A DNA stretch of 64,000 nt. Origin: Pseudovirgaria hyperparasitica (lineage: Eukaryota). The notes beneath the pieces are model-generated. The model made no database searches, had not been told where the DNA came from, and saw only the letters and a list, made by a program, of their open reading frames with translations. The stretch is taken from NCBI GenBank assembly GCA_010093815.1, contig ML996566.1, one strand, 5' to 3'. This document shows, piece after piece, positions 1 through 11,757 of the stretch. A program made the position numbers and the translations under genes. The first letter of the stretch is position 1. Each line of letters begins with the position of its first letter.

Positions 1-572
1 TACATTTCGACCATAATCCGTCCGCAGCAACAATCATGTCGCAATGGTACTCCGCACCGGATTCAGTGGTCACTCGTGGTGCATCAAAGTCGATATTCGA
101 TACTCTCGTGCCTAGCTTCACAGCTACGCCCAGTTCATTTGCGCGTCTGGCCAGTTCCCGTTGCACATCTACACGATGCAGATCCCAGAACGGCGCGCCA
201 TATCTTTCACGCATGTGCACGTTGAACTGATCGTCCTTTGCCAAGAGCTTTCCGTCGGAGTATCGATGGACTGATAGGACGGTGGGCTCTGCGGCGGACT
301 GTTTGAGGCGATCATACACTCCCCATGCCTGGAATAGCCGGGATGCATTGGGAGTTATTTGTAGGCCAGCTCCAACCTATATCGTTTGGATCAGTTTCTG
401 CGGTCGATATTGCGAGGTTCAATAGTTTTACCTCAGCGAGCTCCTTGGCGCTTTCTAATATGGTCACTTTGTGTCCATGAAGAGCGCATGATATTGCAGC
501 AGCCAGACCTGCAAGTCCAGCTCCGACGACGATGATGTCAAGTTGAGAAGATGAATGTGTCCTGGCAGCCAT
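1..572 (-). CDS. FAD-dependent monooxygenase, salicylate-hydroxylase-like (5' part; gene continues past the left edge)
   Basis: ATG at 572. Rossmann motif IIVVGAGLAGLAAA. Intron 431..377 (GTAAAA...ATAG) joins ELAE to VGAGLQITPNASR; exon 2 continues open to YGAPFWDLHRVD...IVAADGLWSKC, typical class A flavin hydroxylase motifs. Confidence 0.9.
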
Positions 573-1058
573 TGTCACATTGAACGTTCGTGGGCACTCC
601 AGACAGACTGATTATAGATACATGATGAGTTGATGAGGGTGTTTATGGTTATGAGAAGAGATGCGATCACCTAAATCACAGACATCAAAGTAGTTACGGG
701 CAAGTCGGCACCTTTCTGTGGATCATGTCACGGCGTTGACGGTGAAGCCTCGGAAAAGCCAGATGAGATATTTTGCCAGTTCGGTTAACCGTTACATCGA
801 GATGGAACGGTCGAGGCCGTGAGCCCTGCCTATTTGCCTGGAAAGGGCCAGCCTGTTGCGCCACTGGACTTGCGAGCTGTGATAGATGTGGTCCTGGTTC
901 AAGAGGTAACATGGAAGAGTTATGACGGAGCGCGGGCTTCGAAAGCGGGAGGTAAATTTCGAGATCAAGCATGCCGGAGAGGCGTTGTCCAGACGGGCAA
1001 GAACTCCCGTAGAGGTTGTTGCAACAAGGTGGAGATGTGGAGATGTGGAATGTGGCTT

Positions 1059-1069
1059 CGGAATTGCCG
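1059..1069. promoter_or_regulatory. Candidate Zn2Cys6 site CGGAATTGCCG (CGG-N5-CCG) in the monooxygenase/TF divergent promoter
   Basis: Seen in sequence; same pattern recurs at 5726, 5816, 9978 and 10020. Near match CGGAAAAGCCA at 751-761. Confidence 0.55.
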
Positions 1070-1339
1070 ACTGTTATTGTAACAGTTGTGTAGACCTTAA
1101 TAGATGATAGGAGCATATGTCGGGGTCGGTGTCGGCTTGCTGACATAATACACAGGCGGCAGTACTTCGGTGAGTATCATGAATAGGCCTGAAAATACAG
1201 GCATCAAATAGTGCCCTCGCCGATTGGTCAGACGTTGCTACAGCTGCGCTAAACTTCGTTAGGATGTGCACACTCCGTGTATGTACGAAATGAGAAGTCA
1301 CGTGCTTTGCTGTATCAGTTACCCCCGGTCGAGCGTTTC

Positions 1340-1370
1340 TCCGCCTCCGCCTCCGCCTCCGCATCCGCAT
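1340..1370. repeat. (CCGCCT)n/(CCGCAT) hexamer microsatellite
   Basis: ccgcctccgcctccgcctccgcatccgcat. Confidence 0.7.
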
Positions 1371-1772
1371 TGGGAAGATGAAGACGCACGTGGTGGATAA
1401 TGCTTCGGGCACGATCTGAGCCTCAATCAGACTGTTTGCAGTCAACTTCACCTACTATCAGACGTTCCTGGTCAGGGACAGTGAGGTGTCTGCATGCTGC
1501 AAAGCGACAGAACACGAGAAATCCGAATCAAAGTTCAAACCTCTGCCGAAGGGGGCATAGCTCGAATTTGGTAGCTTGCAGCAAGGTTCCAACAGACACC
1601 TCACCTTACCGCACCACACCCGCTCTGTCGATCTGCCTGTTGCGAAAACCTAAATCGACCTCGACCATTCCTCGTGTTTCCAAACGCCAACCTCAATTGA
1701 AACGGAGGATTTTCTACCTTCGTCCTCGATGTCTCTTCTTCTCTCAGCACATTCTTCCTCCGTGGCAGCACC

Positions 1773-4204
1773 ATGAATCCTCAACAGATGCCGGCTGCCG
1801 CAGCGAGCAGCTCCGCTGCAACAGCCCCCAAGAGAACGAGACGCCCACGCGCTATCCAGGCTTGTAACTTTTGTCGATCCAAAAAGTACAAATGTGATGG
1901 CGCATGGCCGTGTGCGCCATGCCAGAGTAAATCTCGCATGCTGAACTGACATCCACAATCACCACTGACCACCCATCTCAGAGCATCGCGAAGAATGTGT
2001 CTTCAGAGGTCAAAACCCTGCAGCAGGGGGCCCAGTTTACTCCGCAACGTAAGTTGCAATCCTCGGAAGATGCATTATGATGAAAATAGCATGCGTTGCG
2101 ATGGATGCAGGTTCCAGCAGTGACCATATGTGATTATCGTGCGCTTGTGCTGATTTGAAATCGACTCGGGCATTGGCTGAGTCTTTAAACAGTTATGTAC
2201 ATGACCTGGAAAGACGATTACGCCAGGCTGAGAGTGCTCTCTCGTCTCCTCAGGCCACTCACAATGCTTCCGGTCTGGTGAGCTCTGCAAGTCAGCTACA
2301 CACCGAAGCGACACGCAGCACGATGCTGACCCCATCCTCTGGCACTGGCAACGACAAGTCTACCATCCTCAAATCAACAGAGATTCGTCACGAGACTACG
2401 CCGGATACGAGCGATGACGGCGAGACAGAAGTTGTAGATGTCAACCCCATTACGTCATCCATTGAGTTTCATGGTAATTCTTCGTCAATGGCATTTCTTG
2501 GCCGTGTCCGCCAGGAGTATTCTGCATCGCCAGACGAACCAGTTCGAGCTGGATCAGAAAGGCCCTCGCTAGTCAGCGCTTTTCAGAATACCAATTTCGG
2601 TGCTCAAAATGACAGAATCATGAACTGGAACGATGGATTCGATGAACGACTCTTCTCTCCTCAGCTTTACGTCTTTGTGGAGACGTACTTCAGCAATCTC
2701 CACTACATCCATCCTATCATAGATCAAGCCCACTTTCTTCGACGTTGCGATGACCTCTGGCAAGGCCACCCCGAACGCCAACCACGGAGTTTTATTGCCA
2801 TGTATTTTGCAATGCTATCACTAGGCTCTTTGATACGAAATTGGACCGAGGAGAGAATCAATGATATGGGACGTTTTGATTGGAGCCGCATGCTCTTCGA
2901 GAGAGCGGAGCTCGCGCTCGGGAAACCCGGTTATCTGAACGATCTCGAAGCTATCCATACGCTTTTCTTACTGGCCAAAGTCTGCCAAAATGAATTGAAT
3001 CCAAATTTATCATACATGTACCTGGGCGTCGCCATTAGGACCGCACTCTCGATTGGCTTGAACCGGAATGCCTTGCCAGGGAGACATACAGCAGACTCGC
3101 CCGAGGCACACTATCTATCACGGACGTGGTGGGGCCTATACTCTCTCGAAATGGAACTCAGTTTCGCGCTTGGCCGGCCAGACACCCTCGGCATGGAGGA
3201 CTACCACAACAGACCGAAACCACCTGTCGATGACTCCGAGACCGGAATATTGACCAGTATGCTTGGGCTCGCTCGGATCATGCGTTCGACTTCAATTAGC
3301 ATCTACCTGAGTAAAGCTACCATTGCCGAGAAGCTCACAAGAGCTTTTGAGATTGAGGCTGATATTGATGCGTGGGTCCAGACGTTACCAGTCAGAATCA
3401 GACCGAACATGACGCCTGATCATAAGCGGAATGCTCTGACAGATCCAACATGGGCACAGCGTCAGCGAATGGTGTTGCAGATCCGTTACTATAATGTCAA
3501 AATGCTCTTGCTTCGCCCATGCGTGGTACATGCAGCCAAGCTTGCTGCTCAGAGCCGACCTCTACCGACAGGGATGGAGGAGGCGATTGCCAAGTGTACA
3601 GATGCGGCCGCCAGTACTATTGAGATTATCTACGAAACATGTCGTCTTCACGATTTCTTCCGTACATGGTGAGTTCGGATTCATTTTCTGACTTCTTAAT
3701 AGGGCTAACTACCACAGGTGGTACAACACAACATACGTGACATTCGCAGCATCCATTTTACTCTTCATTGCCGCTCAGCCACAGCTCTCGTCGTCATCAT
3801 CATCTTCATCACACCATAAGCCACCTTATTTACCCCTCATCGACCAGTCACTTGAAATCCTCGATGCTATGCATGAATCAGTGGTAGCTCGTAAAACTGC
3901 TGGCATAATGCGGCAAATGGTAGCAAGGTTCCGCGAGAGAAGCACTCCTTCCTCACAGTCCCCACACAGCCAGTCTGGTTCTCTGCCCGTTCACAGAGTG
4001 CCTAGCGCCCCGAGGTATATTGTCCAAGCTGCACCCGGCCAGCAGCAATTCGTTCCAGAACCGCGGTTTGATGCGGTTTTCCCAGAAGCTGTTGGTAATC
4101 CGAGCTTTGGTCTGGGTATGTGGGATCTGGCGGGTCCGCAAGGAGGTTACGGAACCTGGGATTATACTAACTTCTCAAACGATGTCTACTGGCAGGGGGG
4201 ATGA
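1773..4204 (+). CDS. Zn(II)2Cys6 transcription factor with fungal-specific TF middle domain
   Basis: ATG 1773; ACNFCRSKKYKCDGAWPCAPCQK|HREEC binuclear cluster across intron 1927-1981. Further introns at 2049-2192 and ~3669-3717. Middle-domain motifs YFSNLHYIHPII, AIRTALSIGLNR, RTWWGLYSLEMELSFALGRP. Stop 4202-4204. Confidence 0.92.
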
Positions 4205-4525
4205 AAATCCGGGGTGGAAGAGGTTCGACCACTTGCCGCGACACATTCGGCTTTGCAGCACTAGAAGGAGGAAGCCGAAGGCCCTTCTGGCTTTCATTCC
4301 TCGAAAGTCCCGTACTTCCGAGCTTCAAACATTTGCGAGGAAGACTGTTTTGAGCGCATTATCTCAAGGAGAGCATATCGGCAGCCAAGACTATGGCATA
4401 AGTCTCAAGCACAGAGGCCAGCGACTGCGCATATCTGGGGGTCCTTATTGTCCACGAATCCGATCGAATTGAAGAGCATCGATCGGGTGCCGGCGCATGA
4501 CAAAGGACGTGTTGATCGTCCATTC

Positions 4526-5544
4526 CTAGAAGCCTGGACCCCTTCCGACAATCTTTTCGAGAAAATCGAACCCTTTCCTCTGTTCGTCCCAGACTTTACT
4601 TCCCTTGACCATCTTTCCGGCAAAGGTATGTTTCTCGCCTTCGATCTCGATCATCTCGGCATCGACCCCATAATCCTTCATCCGAGCGTACAGAGCGCGG
4701 CTCAAATGAACCGGGACCATGTCATCGGCAAGCCCATGCACGATGCACACTGGTGGCCATGTGGCAGACACGTTCTCACAGGGGTCAATTGCCGCTAGAT
4801 TCCCGTCTGGTTGAATTGTCTGGATTACCTCACCACGTGATATTTTAGTCAGTGCGAATGCAGTTCGTGGGTCGTCCTTGGGTGAGAGCTGGCCTTGGCC
4901 TTCGAGCGACATTCCACCAACGGTCGGGACCGGGCCGTCAAAAATGCGGTTTATGAATTCTTCTGATACATCGGGTGTGGGCACGTGTGCGAGTGGTGTG
5001 GTCCAGATAGGGTCCTTGAGCGAGGCTGGGCCATAGAAGTCGAGTACAGCAGCAACTGGGCGGGAAACACCGTATGCCTAGTATATGAGCTACGATCTGC
5101 CATGTAGGGGGCCGCAATGTCAATACATACCAATCCCAGAGCCAAGTGACCTCCAGAGCTCGTACCAAAGCCCATGACACGATCTGTATCTACTCCAAAC
5201 TTTTCAAAGCCGTGCGCCCTCAAAGCTTGATAGAGTCCTCCGTCATAAACCCAAGCCAAAGCATCTCTACAGTCTCGTAACGGGCCGTCGAGAATACTGA
5301 CTTGTGGGCAGAGGCGATGATCTAGGGCAAGGACAATCCAGCCACGATCAAGACAGTTTTGGACCTGATCCTTGTTGACCATGCTTGAGGATCCCAGCAT
5401 GAAAGCCCCACCATGGATGTTAAGGATCACGGGATACTTGGTAACTGTTGATGGAGTAGACGACGGGAGGTAGACATCCGTCTCGATCTCCAGGTCGGGT
5501 AGTGTCTTGTAAGGAACGCGGAGGGTAGCATTGAGTGAGGCCAT
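4526..5544 (-). CDS. Alpha/beta hydrolase, HSL-type carboxylesterase
   Basis: HGGA oxyanion motif, LDHRLCPQ, nucleophile elbow GTSSGG, HGLADDMVP (Asp) and GEKHTF (His). Intron 5130..5078 joins the two ORFs in frame (GL|AYGVSRPVAAVLDFYGP). Confidence 0.9.
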
Positions 5545-5725
5545 GGATCACAAACGTGGGTAGAGAGGGTCTAGATGAAAGATAAAAGATACAAACAAGC
5601 AGGTATTAGAACTACGAGGCGCCACCATTTCCAACAAGCGAGCGGTCAGGTGACATAGTAGTTGTACACCGCATTGCACATAACAACTCAGGACAATCAC
5701 AGCCACTCACATTTCAGCTCATGTC

Positions 5726-5826
5726 CGGAACATCCGTCTTGGACTTTCCCCCAAGCCTGTGATTCTTCATTGCGTGGCTTCCGAACGAACGTCCATTCAC
5801 AGAGGTGGATCTAGTCGGATCTTCCG
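5726..5826. promoter_or_regulatory. Two candidate Zn2Cys6 sites in the esterase/dioxygenase divergent promoter
   Basis: CGGAACATCCG at 5726-5736 and CGGATCTTCCG at 5816-5826 (CGGAAGATCCG on the minus strand). Confidence 0.55.
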
Positions 5827-6137
5827 GATAGCATCGAATTGCTCAGCTTGTCCCCACGCTCTGATCAGGAAAAGCCGTGCCAACAGGAATCCGAGCTGGA
5901 TAATCAAGCAACAGAAGCTTTACTGCAACAGGCCCACTTGTTTTCGCGCAGACTTAAGCTTTCGCAAGGCAGCAAAACCCGGCGGCTTTTGTAGAGGGAG
6001 CGGTTGAGGGGCACGGGAGACGACGGACTCCAACAATCATACACCAACGTAGTTAACGAACTGTTAAAGAGCCTGTACGGGCACAAGTACACAGAACGTC
6101 TCTTCATAAGTCATATCAGCAGCAATACTCTATCACA

Positions 6138-7316
6138 ATGTCTACTTCAACATCTTCCAAAGCCATTCCCACCCATGATTCACCTCCCATCCCACCCGCG
6201 TCCACCAGCACATACATCATCCCGCAGCTCTCCGGCGAGCTCGTCTCAATCCCGGGCTCCAAATCCGTTTTCCGCATTCTCGCCTCCGAGAAACAAACCG
6301 GCGACGACTCCATCGGCGTCTTCAGCTCCGGTGGCGCCCTTGCCGACGCCCCTGGCTTCCACCACCATGAGCGTGCACACGACATCTTCATGGTGACAAA
6401 AGGCGAGCTGAAGCTCTGGGTTGGCGACTCATGTCGAATCCTCCAAGCCGGTGATTTTGCGAGTATACCACCGGTATGTCCCTGAAGCCCTCTTTGCTTT
6501 TGCCCAATTACGCTTTTTCTTCGATACGACCATGCCTCAGCTGACAGCAGCAACAAGAAAATAATCCACAACCCGCACCTCCTCGGTCCCATCACCGAAA
6601 CGTACGGCCTGATCCACCCGTCCTCCTGGATCGATTTCTTCCGCTACGTGTCCGAGCCCACCGACATCCCCAGCATCATCTATCCAGAGCAAGACTCGCG
6701 CTCCTTGCCCGCCCTGCTCGTCCCCAAAGTCATCGCCGCCGCAAAAGCCGGCAAGGACTACGATGTGCATTTCCACCGCGAGCATGTCGGCTGCGAGGTC
6801 GCTCCCTGGTCCGATGCAGACACCGTCCTGCCCGACGGCGAGGCGCCCTACTACCTGCGCGCAAACCGCGGCCCGCGCTGGATCCTGGGCGGCGTGGTCA
6901 GTAGGCCGTTCATCACGGGCACGCAGTCGAGCGGCAAGTTTGCGATTACGAGTCTAGAGGGCTCGAGCCACTTGGACGCGGGGCTGAATCCGCTGGCGGC
7001 GCCATTGAGGTATGCGGTGCATCATGTGCTGGTGGTCATGGAGGGCAAGGCGACGATAAACGTGGAGGGATATGCGCCTGCGACACTGACGGAGGGCGAG
7101 ACGGTGTTTGTGCAAGCGGGCGTGGCGTGGGGCGTGGTGTTTGAGAGTCGGTTTGTGAGGATTTGGAGTTTTTCGAGTGGGGATGGGGTGGAGAGGGTGA
7201 TTGAGCGGGCAGGGAGGCAGTATACAGAAGGATATGTGGTGCCTGACAAAGCTGAGTCTTGGGATGCTCAGAAGTTTGAGGAGGTGTGTAAGGAACTACA
7301 GGTTAAGGCTGCTTGA
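6138..7316 (+). CDS. Quercetin 2,3-dioxygenase-like bicupin (no signal peptide)
   Basis: Cupin motif 1 PGFHHHERAHDIFMVTKGELKLW; motif 2 GDFASIPP|KIIHNP across intron 6474-6557. Second cupin PYYLRANRGPRW...RPFITGTQSSGKFAITSLEG...LTEGETVFVQAG matches the fungal quercetinase layout. Confidence 0.8.
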
Positions 7317-7827
7317 TTGTTGGATAGACACATTACGATATACTACCTACAGCAATGCTTTGGCACTTCGGCAATACTTTGGTACGGTACATAACACAAA
7401 ACTTCACGCTATTTGCATTTCTGTGCCCATGTGTCTGACGAAAGAGGAAACCTATTCGGCGTCCGTCGTTAGATATCGTGGTGTTTTGTAAACCTTTTCA
7501 CGCATTTCCGCGTCAACATTCACACGTCACAGACGGGCTTATTTGGACCATTTAATGAATACTGTATGCGAATCCTCTTGCTTCCCGCACCAATCACACA
7601 ATTGCAAAAACAGGAAGCAATCCAGGACGTCGGAGTGTCCACATCATTGTAAATCTTTTTCTCCCGGTCAAACTATGTGTATAAAATCTCAGCTTGTCAC
7701 GCACAGGACCCCACGATATCTTATGTTATTGACATATTACGTTAAATGCTATATCAAGACTATAAGGCTTTAGGCAGACGAGACAAAGCATTCAGCCTAT
7801 CACACTGGCTCTTCGAACCATCGCAAC

Positions 7828-9651
7828 TCAGTGCTCCACCTCCCGAGGTAGCCACTTTTCCGTAACAATTCTGAGTCTTTTACCCCAAACCCAGATCGGG
7901 ATGACCATCAACGAAAACAGTCCCATTAGACCGCCAAAAACACCAAAAGGTACCGCCGGACCAGCAGACGTAACCCACTCGCCGACGAAGAATGTCCATG
8001 AGAAAGCGACGATGGCACGCATAGTTGTTACAGCGACGAAGCAGTCCCCAGAAACGGCGTTGTAGGACTCGATCAACTATCATTCAAGTCAGCGAAATCC
8101 ATCCGGAGTGTGTCAAACAGCAAAGTAGACTCACATAATTGAACCCAACGCTTGGTGCCTGCATCAAGCCAAAAGCCAACATTCCAAGTCCGACTTCCAT
8201 TCCGACCCATGCCTTGGGCAGAGAACTCCACGCGCTAAAGCCAAATGTCCACAATCCACAAGTCGCCAGGAACAAACCTGGCAACGTTACCGGGAGTCGG
8301 TCCTCTGCCTCGGATAATCCATGGCTCCCGTGCTTCGCTTTGGATGTAAGAGCATGATCTACGCTGAGATACGTAGCTGCGGCACCAAGAACCGAACCAA
8401 CGAGACCACCGACGTTGATGAGACCAGCGTTTGCGCCCCAGAGGTACGGGGGCGAGGCAACGATCGTGGGGCCGACCGTCGATATGGCGACGATACCACC
8501 AACGAGACCTGCATACCAGAACATGACCAGCCACACGCCAGGCAGGCGGAGAGTTTTATACGGAGCAAAAAAGCGGCGCAATAAGCCTGGGCGGTATGTA
8601 CCGATTTTGAGCGATCGAAGAAAAGAGTAGGAGCCCGTGATCTCATTATGATGGGTTGTAGTCTGCTCAAGGCGGATATCTGGAACCTTCTCGTGTGTGT
8701 CTAAGGATGGTTCTTGTCTGCTGTTGAGACCTAAAACCTTCTGCCGGTCAAACATAGTCTCTGGCGCGAGGAAGAAGCACAGGACAAGTGTGATCGCGGC
8801 TAAAATTACGTTAATCCAATGGATCCATGGAATCCCCATGTTACCCGCAATATAGCCTCCTGATATCCCACCGACTAAAGAGCCGGTCAAAAGGAAAATT
8901 GTGTATACGCCCTAGGGGATGCGTCAGTGAAGGAAATGACATACAAGATTCTCTTTGCTTACCATTGCTCGTCCTGTCTGGTGAGTGAAGAAGATCTCCC
9001 CAACTACGTCAGGGGATACTGGGAGGGAGACATTAGCTCGATCCTATCACACGGTAGGTTTCTTGAACTAACCAGCTTCTGAAGGAGCTTGTCCAATACC
9101 CATGAAGACGCGAGCGGCAAGGAGACTACTGAAGCTTGTTGCTAAGCCCGCCCACATAGATGAGAAAACGAGGAGCACCAGGCTGATCAGGATAACAGGC
9201 CGGCGGCCAAACGTGTTCGCCAATGGGACCCACCAAATGTTCGCAACACCTTGCATGAGAACATTGACAGCGATCAGTTGAGAAAGTCTTGAAAAAGCCA
9301 CAGGCGGATTGAAGGCTAGCGGTGTCGCAAGGAGCGGGAGCGCGCTGGCAATTGACGAAGACGCGAAGTTCCCGATGAAAGCGTCTATGGACATGCAAAG
9401 AAGGATGGCTATCTTACGCCACATGGGCCAATTCAGAGGATCTGCTGCATCGGAAGACGGTTGAGGCACCAAACGCAAATGATGGATATGGCCGGGCTCA
9501 TCGTCAAAGCGCTGGGCTATGTACAATGTCAGTGAAACGAAATAGACTCTATTGGTGGCATGGTAGTACCGATCAATCTGGAAGTCCCAGGGGGTGTTGC
9601 TTCCGCCAACTCCTGCTTCGACAACGAAAAGGCGTATTTGAAGCTCGCCAT
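7828..9651 (-). CDS. MFS transporter (DHA1/Hol1-like)
   Basis: ATG 9651 (MASFKYAF). Motifs LVPQPSSDAADPLNWPMWRK, PLANTFGRRPV, SLLAARVFMGIG, EAEDRLP, NY|IESY. About 12 hydrophobic segments over 5 exons. Confidence 0.9.
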
Positions 9652-9977
9652 GATGTGCGGATGTTCAAGATCGAGAGCACATCAGACCATCAATGGCAGA
9701 TTGAGATGTATAAATAAAACTACTGCTGAAGCGTAAACCATAGCCCAGACCATCTCGCATAATTGCTGGCCTGAGTGTCAAGTGTCCCCTGTCACAGGTT
9801 AATCGTGCGGGAGCTAATCCTTTCCGTGTATTCTACCCCATGGGGGTGGCTGGCTTTGCATCGAATGAAGACGTGGACAGTTTCGTGCAGAACGACTCCA
9901 CATGTTCCGGCAACAAGCGACGGTAGATCAGATCACAAAGATCATTCATGCTGCATAACGGGTATGCTCAGGCTATG

Positions 9978-10030
9978 CGGAAGAGCCGAAGTGGTCGATT
10001 CGGTAAGGATGAAGCATTTCGGAAATGCCG
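9978..10030. promoter_or_regulatory. Two candidate Zn2Cys6 sites upstream of the MFS gene
   Basis: CGGAAGAGCCG at 9978-9988 and CGGAAATGCCG at 10020-10030. Confidence 0.55.
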
Positions 10031-10790
10031 GCCCCACAAGGGAGAACGTACACCCATGCCCTTGCTGAAGCCTGATTCGTACTCCTCCCGTCCGCTACGG
10101 CGTCAAGCCGGAAGCGGTCGAGATCGGCAAACAAGGTTCGAGATGATATGCCTTTCTCGAGACACATCCGCTTGCAATTGTCGCGAGTGTTTGATTGCAT
10201 GCCTCTGATGCGCTATTTTATAGTAGCTAGGGTGACACCCTGGACGAGCCGAGGCTACCGACCGCTAAGATCAAGCGGTTTGATATGATAACAATCATGA
10301 CACGGCGGCGACGCTCATTTGGTATCTGATTATAGCTATCAGGGCCCACAAAACCGGTTTGTGTATTGCCATCGTTCTACTGCATAATCACGCGTGGCAG
10401 TGCTGCTGTATCGGATCAATCAAATGCTGAGTGTGGGTGTGGATGTCTATACTTACAAGCAGGCGGATGTACTGAAACTGTTGTTCAAATCTTCGGCGCA
10501 CATGATAGATGTTGGCTGATGAGATGGTAGACGGAGTTAATCCAGGTATCAATCCAAAGACACGGGGGTGACTTCCGAGGAATAGGCGACGCGACGCGTT
10601 CACATTGACGTTGAACCTTCCGCTTTGTAGGGACAACATTTCCCCAGTATTGTTGTATCACATCCCATTAAACAATGTCGTCCGCCTCGAAACACCCTCC
10701 ATGAAAAGACCACGCAAGCGGAAGACTTCAGAACCCTCATTTCACGGTCATACAATCTACTGACCCACATCACTGCGATCAAGGCTGACG

Positions 10791-11240
10791 ATGACGACCA
10801 CTGGCACGCAAAATGCGTCTAATGCACTCAAAATCCTATGGGACCGACTCTCGCTCTGGAGCTATAATTTCAAGACACAATCCCACGACACTTTTTCCCG
10901 CATGCGCTGGGAAGACTACATACGCCTCGTCGCCGTTCTTGGTGCATACATTCTCATTATCCGCCCAGTTCTCGTGAAACTTGGGGCGAGACATCAGATG
11001 CGAGAGCTCGAACGGCAAGAGGCAAGGGACAAGAATCTCGGTAGCAGCAATGTGAACGACCAAGGCTCGCAGCACTCCGCGAACAGTGGGACGACCGGTA
11101 CAGATTCGGCGGTGGATCCGGCGGTGCGTCACAGACAATTAATACGCAAGGCTTTGCTAGAACACGAGGAGAACTTGCGAGCAACAAGGGAGGAAGAAGA
11201 CGACGACGATCAAGACATCGATGAATTTCTTATAGAATAG
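10791..11240 (+). CDS. PGA2: Pga2-family trafficking membrane protein
   Basis: 149 aa single exon; DYIRLVAVLGAYILIIRPVLVKLG transmembrane motif and acidic tail DDDDQDIDEFL, recognised from memory of the family. Confidence 0.7.
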   Translation: MTTTGTQNASNALKILWDRLSLWSYNFKTQSHDTFSRMRWEDYIRLVAVLGAYILIIRPVLVKLGARHQMRELERQEARDKNLGSSNVNDQGSQHSANSGTTGTDSAVDPAVRHRQLIRKALLEHEENLRATREEEDDDDQDIDEFLIE

Positions 11241-11757
11241 ACTATGGTCTTGGCTGCTAATTGGTGTTGGTCGTACTACAGCCTTATGGTTGCATTATAC
11301 AGTTAGAGATACCGTGGATAGAGATACCTAATCATACCTTATATACAAAGTACGTACGAGACAATGGATATCAGCTTATAATCACTTTGAAAAAGCACTT
11401 GCGCACCGACTTAACCATTATTTTTGCTGTATACTTATAAGCTGTTGATATGGATTATTCAACCCAAAACTGTCTAGCGCCAAATAGCTATCGCGAAACT
11501 TCACTTTCGTGACAATGTATAATAGAAAAAGTCCATCCCAACACACAACCCTCACGACACCTTCGCGTTCGCCTCTACGCCAATTACACTGTTGACCGTC
11601 CGGAATATTCTGATCATCTACTGTTAAGGATCGGACGCACTGCACCGCGATACCCTCCCGCGAACCATTCCACGAACCCATCAACATCAATCCACCCTGT
11701 CTATCCTCAGCCGCGCAACAGCGCAACACAACCACTACCCTACACTTAAACGATACA

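Noticed and set aside
1..10030. Secondary-metabolite biosynthetic cluster
   Set aside because: No PKS, NRPS, terpene synthase or prenyltransferase in the window and the enzyme set looks catabolic; a backbone gene to the left cannot be excluded.
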